This document shows positions 42,018 to 49,771 of a DNA stretch of 64,000 bases, piece after piece; the first letter of the stretch is position 1, and every line of letters starts with the position of its first letter. The notes below the pieces were generated by a model. The model was not told where the DNA came from. It did no database searches and worked only from the letters and a program-made list of their open reading frames with translations. The position numbers were made by a program, and so were the translations under genes. The DNA is from Abditibacterium sp. (GTDB lineage Bacteria > Armatimonadota > Abditibacteriia > Abditibacteriales > Abditibacteriaceae). The DNA is taken from contig CBDASK010000003.1 in assembly GCA_965199495.1 (NCBI GenBank), positions 3,680,001 to 3,744,000 of the forward strand, written 5' to 3'.

Positions 42018-42662
42018 GTGAATTTATCGCTCTTTGCCGATGATGCAGCCACGCCGCCTGTATCGCCGCTAAATCTGCCCAAACATCTGCTCGACATCAA
42101 TACGATTTATCACGAGCCGAACGTTTTCGAGTTCGCGCGCGGCAGAGAAATCCGCGCGTGTTTTCCCGACTCCAATCTCATCGAAGTGCCTTCGCACTGG
42201 CAAATTCCCGAACTTCATGGCGACGCCGCAAACGATGCCGATTGGCTCGGCATCAAGCGCGAAACTTTGGTTCTGGGCGTGCGCAAGGCGATGAAAATGG
42301 AAGCCAACACGCGTTCGAGCGATTGGATCGCGCCCGCCGTGGCTAACGGTTGCGCCAGCGCGTGCGCGTATTGCGTGGCGGCGGGTACGCTTATTTCGAC
42401 GCCACAAGGCCAAGTTCCCGTCGAGCAAATCGAGGATGAAGCCGAAGTAATCGCTTTCGATAGTTCTTCGGGACAACTCGCAACAGCTCGCGTTTGCGGG
42501 TTGGCTTCGCGGGAAGTAAGCGAAGTTCTCGAAATTGATCTTGGCGACCGAGTGCTTCGTGTAACGGCAGAGCATCCGCTTTGGACGCGTAGAGGCTGGG
42601 TAAAAGCCGGAGATCTAACTCCAGACGATGAAGTTCTGTGTGATGAAAGCAGCACAGAGTAA
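42018..42662 (+). CDS. Spore photoproduct lyase family (radical SAM) N-extein (118 aa) fused to split intein N-fragment (96 aa, from 42372)
   Basis: IEVPSHWQIPELHG, LVLGVRK, DWIAP..ANGCASACAY, then intein block A CVAAGTLI, block B VTAEHPLW, GWVKAGDL, stop. Confidence 0.9.
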   Translation: MNLSLFADDAATPPVSPLNLPKHLLDINTIYHEPNVFEFARGREIRACFPDSNLIEVPSHWQIPELHGDAANDADWLGIKRETLVLGVRKAMKMEANTRSSDWIAPAVANGCASACAYCVAAGTLISTPQGQVPVEQIEDEAEVIAFDSSSGQLATARVCGLASREVSEVLEIDLGDRVLRVTAEHPLWTRRGWVKAGDLTPDDEVLCDESSTE

Positions 42663-43224
42663 TGCCGTTTTCGACATCGCACTTGTCATCGGGGAAGAGC
42701 GCGACAGGCAAAACGTGATGCGCTTGCAACTGCGTTTCGCTTCCGCAAATGCGGCAACAGCCGTCTCTCTCCAAAACGGCTCGCGCCCATTCTTTGCCAC
42801 TGCGCCGTTGTCGAAAGCCGCTTTGACTGCGTCCGTTGACATAATTGGGATTGCCCGCGCCACAATGCCGCTTCGCTATAATCGCCGCTTGAGCGCGCCG
42901 TCCCGCTCCGGCGCGCGAACACTGCGGGCAATAGCCGTAGCGGTTTTCATTGGTTTTGAACGGGGCGTCACACACGCGGCACCCCTGCCACTTGATAGTT
43001 GAGCGAGCAATGGTTCGGTCAATGGCAAACAAAACGCCTTCCCATCGGCGAACAGTGCGCGCATCGCGGCCCAGATAAAGCGCGGCCTGCCCGTAAGAAG
43101 CCACAACTTTGAACGGCATTGCTTCCATATTTGCTAAGTGTTGGCGGCACGTCGCGCAGCAAAACGCTTGAGGCGTCCGCTTGCCACACCAACCGCACGC
43201 CAGCGTGCCATTTGTCTGTCTCAT
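42391..43224 (-). CDS. HNH homing-endonuclease-like protein with Zn-finger motifs, antisense between the intein halves
   Basis: CxxC pairs; GAGNPNYVNG; WARAVLERD..CRICG...AHHV...ENGITLCCFHH (HNH core). Confidence 0.82.
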   Translation of the reverse strand: MRQTNGTLACGWCGKRTPQAFCCATCRQHLANMEAMPFKVVASYGQAALYLGRDARTVRRWEGVLFAIDRTIARSTIKWQGCRVCDAPFKTNENRYGYCPQCSRAGAGRRAQAAIIAKRHCGAGNPNYVNGRSQSGFRQRRSGKEWARAVLERDGCCRICGSETQLQAHHVLPVALFPDDKCDVENGITLCCFHHTELHRLELDLRLLPSLYASKADALPLHEALGRQDQFRELRLLPAKPTRKRELLRVVPKNYRKRLLRLHPRFARRELGLVASK

Positions 43225-44104
43225 GTTGAAATTCCGAAAAATTCAATCCATCCGCCGCGTGAGCGAACCACAAACCGTTTACAACTTTCATGTCCCCGGC
43301 CCGCAGTCGTATCTGGCCAATGGAATTGTAACCCATAACTGTTATGTCGCTCGTCGCAAAGGCCATGCTAACCCGATTACGACGTTCGTCAACATCGAAC
43401 AAATGACGAAATATCTGGCGCGTCACGCGATGCGTCAGGGCGAAAAAAGGGCAGCCACGCCCGCCGACGACAAATTATGGGTTTACGAAATTGGCTGCAA
43501 CTCCGACACTTCGATTGATGCGGCGATTTCGGATAACGTGCGCGATTTTGTCGAACTGTTTAGGACGTTGCCCAACGCCAAAGGCACTTTCGCCACCAAG
43601 TGGGTCAACCGCGCGATGTTCGATTACGACCCGCAACGCAAAACGCGCGTAAGGTTTTCCCTCATGCCCCAGCGCATGGCGAAGTTAGTTGACGTTCGCA
43701 CTTCGCCAATTAGCGAGCGCATCGCGGCGATGAACGATTTTTACGAAGCGGGCTACGAAGTCAATGTCAACTTTTCGCCGGTCGTCATCGAAGACGGTTG
43801 GTTGGAGGCTTACGACGAACTGTGGGACGAAATGAACGACGTTTTGCGGCCCGAAGTGAAAGCCGATTTGGTGGCCGAAGTGATTTTCCTGACGCATCAC
43901 GCCGGTTTGCACGAAGTCAATTTGCAGTGGCATCCGCGCGCCGAAGCCGTCTTGTGGCAACCCGCAATGCAGGAGCGCAAAATCTCGCAGGGCGGCGGTA
44001 TCAACGTGCGTTACAAAGTGAGTTTGAAGCAGCCTTTGGTCGCGCAGTTCGTGGCGCGAATGCGCGCTAAGTTGCCGGAGTGTCGCGTGCGTTACGCGTT
44101 TTGA
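43223..44104 (+). CDS. Split intein C-fragment (39 aa) fused to spore photoproduct lyase family C-extein
   Basis: MLKFRKIQSIRR...VYNFHV...YLANGIVTHN|CYVARRKGHANPIT; WVYEIGCNSD, FATKWVN, RVRFSLMP, EVIFLTH, RVRYAF. Confidence 0.9.
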   Translation: MLKFRKIQSIRRVSEPQTVYNFHVPGPQSYLANGIVTHNCYVARRKGHANPITTFVNIEQMTKYLARHAMRQGEKRAATPADDKLWVYEIGCNSDTSIDAAISDNVRDFVELFRTLPNAKGTFATKWVNRAMFDYDPQRKTRVRFSLMPQRMAKLVDVRTSPISERIAAMNDFYEAGYEVNVNFSPVVIEDGWLEAYDELWDEMNDVLRPEVKADLVAEVIFLTHHAGLHEVNLQWHPRAEAVLWQPAMQERKISQGGGINVRYKVSLKQPLVAQFVARMRAKLPECRVRYAF

Positions 44105-45015
44105 GCGGGTTTATTCGCCATGACTTCGACTGCGCGCGGCACGATTTCAAATGTCATCGGCGCCGTGCCGATTAACTCGCCATCCACCAAAATTGGCCAA
44201 TTGCGGTCACACCACAGTTCCACTTTGCGAGCGCGACGCATAACCACGCGCGGATGATGAACGTGCGCGCCCCGAAACACGCCGGGGAAAGCGCGCGCAA
44301 ATTCCATTTTGCTTGCGTCTTGAATCACGCAAATATCGAATAATCCGTCATCTAACTGCGCGTCGGGCGCGACTTGCATTCCGCCGCCATACGATTTCGC
44401 GTTCGCCACGGCACATAAAAGCGCGCACGTATCGAGCAGTTCGCCATCCAATCTCAGGCGCAGGCGCGCGGGACGCAGACGTTGCAGTTCGAGTGTCGCC
44501 GCCGCCAGATATGCAGCCACGCCGCTGATGTGTTTCCAAACCGGATGCGTGCGCCCGGCGTTGATGCGGCGCGCGACGAGGGAATCGAAGCCGCAACCGG
44601 CGATGTTGAGGAACAATCGCGATTGCTCGCCGTGTTGACCGTAAGTCGCGCGCCCGATGTCAATGGTTCGGCTGTGCCCGCCAAATAAAATCTGAATCGC
44701 GCTGTCTAAGTCGTTGCCAATTCCCAGCGTGCGAGCGAAGTCGTTGCCGGTGCCCAACGGCAAAACGCCCAATTTGGTCTTTGTTCCATGAACCGCGTTC
44801 AAGACCTCGCCCATCGTTCCGTCGCCGCCCGCCGCCGCCACGATGTCGGCGCCGTGGCTGATAGCGACGCGCGCCAACGCGCGCACCTCGGACGGCGATT
44901 TAGTTTCGATGATTTCAAACGCCAAATCGCCCGCGTATCGCGCGATTTGTTCGTGCAATGCGGCGCGCGACACGCGACCACGTCCGGCGGCGGGATTGAA
45001 AATAATGGCGAGCAT
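44092..45015 (-). CDS. Diacylglycerol-kinase-family lipid kinase (YegS/DagK-like)
   Basis: NPAAG, GGDGT, PLGTGNDFAR, YGGG, DGE. Confidence 0.93.
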   Translation of the reverse strand: MLAIIFNPAAGRGRVSRAALHEQIARYAGDLAFEIIETKSPSEVRALARVAISHGADIVAAAGGDGTMGEVLNAVHGTKTKLGVLPLGTGNDFARTLGIGNDLDSAIQILFGGHSRTIDIGRATYGQHGEQSRLFLNIAGCGFDSLVARRINAGRTHPVWKHISGVAAYLAAATLELQRLRPARLRLRLDGELLDTCALLCAVANAKSYGGGMQVAPDAQLDDGLFDICVIQDASKMEFARAFPGVFRGAHVHHPRVVMRRARKVELWCDRNWPILVDGELIGTAPMTFEIVPRAVEVMANKPAQNA

Positions 45016-45083
45016 GGGAAATAATAAACAATAAAAGTCAGCTCATCCGCGCGAATGAGCTGACTTTTACTTTTTGTCCTTGT

Positions 45084-45677
45084 TTAAACCGTCTGCATCG
45101 GCGCGAGTTTCATCGAGCCGCCGTTGACGCCACTGATGCGATATTCCATCGTCGTTTTGCCTTTGTTGTCGGTGACTTTCTCTTTGATCATCGAGTAAAG
45201 CGCGGCGATTTGCACATCGTCATCGCCAGTAATCACCATCTGAATTTGCAATCGCGGCCCGTCAATGCGCGCGTCGCCCCACTTGACATCTTTGTAATGG
45301 GCGAACTGCGGATACGTTCCTTTAATCATCGCCTCAAACTGCTCGGTCGAGCCAATGACCTGTTTCAGCCCGCTCGCCTGATACTTTTCGGCGGCTTTGT
45401 AGTCGTCGGCTTTGAACGCTTCGAGTTGCGCCACGATAACTTTCTGCGCCGCCTGCTTTTCGGCTGCGGGCGCGACTTTCCAGTTGGCGGGCGTCTCGTC
45501 TTGTTCCTGCGCTTGAGCGATTTTCATTTCGGGCGCGATGGGCATGGCGGGCGTTAGGTTCTGAGACCAGAACCACGCGCCCGCGCCAAAGATAACTCCG
45601 GCGATGAGGATTTCGGGCAAAAAGTTCTTTTTACCTTTGCGTTGTGGATTTTGTGGCGTGGGAAATTCAGTGGGCAT
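45084..45677 (-). CDS. Membrane-anchored DUF4864-like protein
   Basis: TM helix; VIVAQLEAFKADDYKAA...FEAMIKGTYP recalls DUF4864. Confidence 0.6.
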   Translation of the reverse strand: MPTEFPTPQNPQRKGKKNFLPEILIAGVIFGAGAWFWSQNLTPAMPIAPEMKIAQAQEQDETPANWKVAPAAEKQAAQKVIVAQLEAFKADDYKAAEKYQASGLKQVIGSTEQFEAMIKGTYPQFAHYKDVKWGDARIDGPRLQIQMVITGDDDVQIAALYSMIKEKVTDNKGKTTMEYRISGVNGGSMKLAPMQTV

Positions 45678-45728
45678 AATAATCAAATTCTTATCACAAT
45701 TGGTGCCGCGTGGCCAGCGAAACACACT

Positions 45729-46721
45729 TCAAAACAACGACAGTTGGCGCGCCGAACTTTCGATTTTAGCTTCTGCCAACGGCGCCGCGTCCAAGCCCAA
45801 ATCGCGCAATTCGGCGGCGAACTCCGACGCGTATCCGTGCGTCGTCCAGACCTGCGAGGCGCCAGTTTGCCGCACGTATTCGTGCAAATCGGCATGGTCG
45901 GCATGATCCGATAAGGCAAACGCGGCGTCTGTGCCAAAGCGCGAGGGATGAGAATTCTGCGCCCAACCCGAAATATAGGCCGTGCGCACGCGTTGTCGCC
46001 GCGTGAAATCGTCCCACCAACGCCCGCGCTGGCACTGCGACGCGCATAGCAAGACGCCCTCGACATCTTCAAATTGTTCGTGGCGCTTATATTCGGGAAA
46101 TCGCACGCCGTGTCGCGCATAGACATCCGAAATTTGCGCGTGTTTCAGGTGCAATGTCACCGACAAATCGGCGTCGCACAATCCGGCCAAAATCTCCTGT
46201 CCTTTGCCCAGCGAATAGCAAAATAAAACCGGCGTTTCGCCATTATTCAAAGTTTGGCGACACCAATCCGCAATCTGGCCGACGACGTGGCTGCTCGAAT
46301 CGAACCGGTAGCGCGGCAAACCAAACGTCGTTTCCATCACCACAATATCGGCGCGCGGCACCTCGATTGGTTCGCTCGAAAAACCCGGTTTGAGCTTGAA
46401 ATCGCCCGAATACAGCAACCGCACGCCGTCGGCTTCGACCAACATTTGCGACGAACCCAGAACGTGACCGGCGGGCAAGAGCGAAACCTGTGCGCGGCCC
46501 CAATTGAACGGCTCACCCCATTGCAAATGGTGAAACTGCGATTTGGTCGCGCCGCGCACGCGCATCATGGCGGCGGTGGCGGGCGAACAAAACACGCGCC
46601 CGTGCCGCTTCATGTGGTCGGCGTGCGCGTGCGAAACAAACGCGGCCTCTTGCGCGCGGTGCGGGTCGAGCCACAACTTGTGCTGCGGCAGGTAAACCCC
46701 GTTTTTATCCAAGACAATCAT
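45729..46721 (-). CDS. MBL-fold/beta-CASP exonuclease of the ligase-associated DNA-repair type
   Basis: SHAHADH, PAGHVLGS, YSGDFK, ETTFGLP.Y, YSLGKGQ, LSDHAD, THG. Confidence 0.88.
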   Translation of the reverse strand: MIVLDKNGVYLPQHKLWLDPHRAQEAAFVSHAHADHMKRHGRVFCSPATAAMMRVRGATKSQFHHLQWGEPFNWGRAQVSLLPAGHVLGSSQMLVEADGVRLLYSGDFKLKPGFSSEPIEVPRADIVVMETTFGLPRYRFDSSSHVVGQIADWCRQTLNNGETPVLFCYSLGKGQEILAGLCDADLSVTLHLKHAQISDVYARHGVRFPEYKRHEQFEDVEGVLLCASQCQRGRWWDDFTRRQRVRTAYISGWAQNSHPSRFGTDAAFALSDHADHADLHEYVRQTGASQVWTTHGYASEFAAELRDLGLDAAPLAEAKIESSARQLSLF

Positions 46722-46814
46722 TGTTTCATCCAGACGAATGAAACGAAAGTGAGTGCCGGTTTATGATGGAGAGCGACTTCATCACGGCGCGCATTTTGTA
46801 GAATTAAACGTTCT

Positions 46815-48173
46815 ATGCGCTCCAAATCCAAACGCCGCGAAACCGATTCCAAATTGCTCGGCGCTCCCGTCACCACAGTTCCCATTGATCAATGCCACAC
46901 CATGCACGACGCGTTTATGGCGCTCCCGCGCGCCTGTGGCGCCTCGACCCAGAGCGCGGCTTATCAAATTTTGTATCGTGCCATCGTCGAAGAAGTGCCG
47001 CTCGTTCTGACGGTTTCGGGCATCGGCAGCTTGTCCAATCAGACGCGATTTTGGATTAATTCGATGATTCGCGCCGGATATATCGCGGCGATTTCGACGA
47101 CCGATGCCCTCGTTTATCATGACGGCCACGATGTCTTCGGCAAGAAGAAAAAGGACGGCACGCGCGCGCGGCCCGTGGTTTCGATTGACCCCAATGGCGA
47201 CGATGGCATTTACCGCGACAACCGCGTGATTCGCGTTTTCGATGTCGGTTTTCCCGAAGAAATTCTGGAAGACCAAGATCGCGTTTCGCGTTGGATGTTC
47301 GCGCAACCCGAATTTCAGCACCCAATGACGACGACCGAGCGCAATTATCGCATTGGCAAGTTGTATCACATGCTCGAAGAAGCGCGCGGCGTCGAACACG
47401 GCATGATGGCGACGGCCTATGAATACGGTGTGCCGGTTTTCGTCGGCGCGCCCGGCGACGGTTCGAACAGTTTGGGAATGTTGCCGCTGAAATTAAACGC
47501 CGAAATGGGCGGGCCGGAATTCAAATTTAATTACGATCCGTTGCAAGACGTGATGGAAAGTTGCGCCTATCACTTCTGGGGCTTGTTCACTAATCCAATT
47601 GGCGACTTGGGCATTTTGATTATGGGCGGCGGCGTGCCCAAGAACTTCGCTCTCCAACCCGAACCGAGTTTGCTGCAAAACTTTATGTTGGACAGCGGCA
47701 AATACGAAGTGCGCGGCTACAAATACGATTTGCAGATTACATCCGCGCCCGTCACCGACGGCAGTTTGAGTTCGTGTCCGCCCGCCGAAGCGGTTTCGTG
47801 GGGCAAAGTGGATCGCGATACGTTTCGCGAAACCACAACCAGCGTTTACGGCGATTACACGCAATTATTCTGGCCTTTGGCCTACGCGTTGTTCGAGCGT
47901 CGGCGCGGATTTATGGCGCAATACGAGGCGTTGTCGGATAAGAAACAAGCGAAAATGTTAGAAGAAAACGCCGAAGCGCGCGGCTTGATTCGGCCCGACG
48001 GCGCGCCGCGATTGTTCAATCAACGCAAACAGTTGATGAAAGATTTCGTCAAAGTCGCGGGCAGCAAGAAAAATCTGAAACGGATTCGCGGTTGGTTCGA
48101 GGAAAAGCCGCAACTGCTCGAAACGTTGGACAAATTGCGCGCGGCAGGCGCGTTAGATGTCGGCGAGTTATAG
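46815..48173 (+). CDS. Deoxyhypusine synthase-like protein (possible homospermidine synthase)
   Basis: GGGVPKNF, DGSLSSCPPAEAVSWGKV with the catalytic Lys, VYGDYT. Confidence 0.8.
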   Translation: MRSKSKRRETDSKLLGAPVTTVPIDQCHTMHDAFMALPRACGASTQSAAYQILYRAIVEEVPLVLTVSGIGSLSNQTRFWINSMIRAGYIAAISTTDALVYHDGHDVFGKKKKDGTRARPVVSIDPNGDDGIYRDNRVIRVFDVGFPEEILEDQDRVSRWMFAQPEFQHPMTTTERNYRIGKLYHMLEEARGVEHGMMATAYEYGVPVFVGAPGDGSNSLGMLPLKLNAEMGGPEFKFNYDPLQDVMESCAYHFWGLFTNPIGDLGILIMGGGVPKNFALQPEPSLLQNFMLDSGKYEVRGYKYDLQITSAPVTDGSLSSCPPAEAVSWGKVDRDTFRETTTSVYGDYTQLFWPLAYALFERRRGFMAQYEALSDKKQAKMLEENAEARGLIRPDGAPRLFNQRKQLMKDFVKVAGSKKNLKRIRGWFEEKPQLLETLDKLRAAGALDVGEL

Positions 48174-48267
48174 AAACAAAAACAGCGGGGCTTGCGCCTC
48201 CTTCCAATCAAGTTTCTGCAATGCCAAAGATTGGAAGGAGGCGCAAGCCCCGCTGTTTTTGTTTCTA
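48171..48267. repeat. Family C palindrome between convergent genes, probably also a terminator
   Basis: tagaaacaaaaacagcggggcttgcgcctccttccaatc ... gattggaaggaggcgcaagccccgctgtttttgtttcta. Confidence 0.88.
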
Positions 48268-49647
48268 AACCACCGCCAATTCCATCAACACCCGCGACGG
48301 CGTGGCTGCTTGAATCGAACGCGTAGCCACGCCGGTGAAACCCCACAGAAATCCTTCGCGTGTTTCGACTTCGACCAGACTGCCGGGCGCGTATTGAGCA
48401 GGCGTGCCGGGAAAAATCACCAACTTGCTGCCGCGCGTGCGACCCGCCATTTTGGTGTCGTCTTTGTTGGAAAGCCCCTCGACCAAAACTTCGACGCGCC
48501 GACCGACTTGCGCCGTATTTTTATCGCGCGAAATAATCTGTTGCAAACCGATCAAGCGGTTCAAACGTTCTTTTTTGACTTCGGCGGGCACGTCGTCGGG
48601 CCAATCGAACGCGGTCGTCGAATGGCGCGGCGAGTAGGCGAACAGAAAGCCTTGATCGAACTGAATTTCGCGGAAGAAATCCAAAGTATTCTCGAACTCT
48701 TGGTCGGTCTCGCCACAGAAACCGGCGATGGCGTCGGTTGTCACCGTCACTTCGGGGATTTTCTCGCGGATGCTTTCGATAATGCCGCGATATTTATCGG
48801 TGGTATACGTGCGTTTCATGCGCCGCAAAACTGCGTCGTCGCCGCTTTGCAATGGCAAATGCAAATGCTCGCACACGCTCGGTAAGGCCGCGATGGTGTC
48901 CACCAAACGCGCGTTGAAATACATCGGATGCGGCGAGGTAAACCGAACGCGCAAATTCGGATTGATCTCGTTAATCGCTTCCAACAGCCACGCGAAATCA
49001 ATGCGCTGGCCGTCGTCGAGTTTGCCCAAATCGTGACCGTAAGCGTTGACGGTTTGGCCGAGCAGAGTAATCTCGCGATAACCCAAATCGCTCAAAGCGC
49101 GCACTTCGTCCAAAACTTCCGATGGGCGCCGCGAAACTTCGCCGCCGCGCGCCGACGGCACCGCGCAATAGGTGCAGTTGAAGTTGCAGCCGAAAATGAT
49201 GTTGACGAACGCCGAAATTGAGTTGGAACGGCGCACCGGCGTGACCGGCGTCGGGTCAACGTCCAAATCCAAACCGTCGGGGCGCGCGCCATTTTGGGCG
49301 CCGCGCACCAAAACTGGCAAATGATGCAAATTGCGCGGGCCGAGCAGAATATCGACTTCGGGCACGCGGCGCCGAATGTTTTGCGCCTCGCGCTGCGCCA
49401 TGCAACCAGCCACGCCGAGGATCAAGTCGGGTTTATCGGCTTTAAGTTGGCGAATAATGCCCAAATCCGAATACAATTTGTGTTCGGGCCGCTCGCGCAC
49501 CGCGCAGGTATTAATGAGAATGACATCGGCGCCCTCGGCGGTGTCGTGCGGCGCATAACCCAGATCGTCCAACATTCCGGCCATGCGCTCGGAATCGTGG
49601 ACGTTCATCTGGCAGCCGTAGGTTTGAATAAAGTAACGCGGTTTCAT
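48265..49647 (-). CDS. miaB: tRNA-2-methylthio-N6-isopentenyladenosine synthase
   Basis: TYGCQMNVHDSE, NTCAVRE, GCNFNCTYC, RFTSPHP, HLPLQSG, C-terminal TRAM domain. Confidence 0.95.
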   Translation of the reverse strand: MKPRYFIQTYGCQMNVHDSERMAGMLDDLGYAPHDTAEGADVILINTCAVRERPEHKLYSDLGIIRQLKADKPDLILGVAGCMAQREAQNIRRRVPEVDILLGPRNLHHLPVLVRGAQNGARPDGLDLDVDPTPVTPVRRSNSISAFVNIIFGCNFNCTYCAVPSARGGEVSRRPSEVLDEVRALSDLGYREITLLGQTVNAYGHDLGKLDDGQRIDFAWLLEAINEINPNLRVRFTSPHPMYFNARLVDTIAALPSVCEHLHLPLQSGDDAVLRRMKRTYTTDKYRGIIESIREKIPEVTVTTDAIAGFCGETDQEFENTLDFFREIQFDQGFLFAYSPRHSTTAFDWPDDVPAEVKKERLNRLIGLQQIISRDKNTAQVGRRVEVLVEGLSNKDDTKMAGRTRGSKLVIFPGTPAQYAPGSLVEVETREGFLWGFTGVATRSIQAATPSRVLMELAVV

Positions 49648-49771
49648 TGGTTTTTGATGCGACTTAGTTTAAGCGGTTGGCGCGAAGAGCCGTTAGAATT
49701 GCGACTCACAAACAAAAAGCGGTTCGCACTTTATCAGTGCGAACCGCTTTTAATTTCACGCGCAATTGAAA

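Noticed and set aside
42628..43222. One contiguous intein broken by a single sequencing frameshift
   Set aside because: The plus-strand ORF 42628-43002 has no endonuclease motifs and does not reach IntC, so several errors would be needed; the coherent HNH is on the minus strand.
42620..43240. Invertible, phase-variable HNH segment
   Set aside because: I found no inverted repeats at the two boundaries and no invertase nearby. A historical inversion remains possible.
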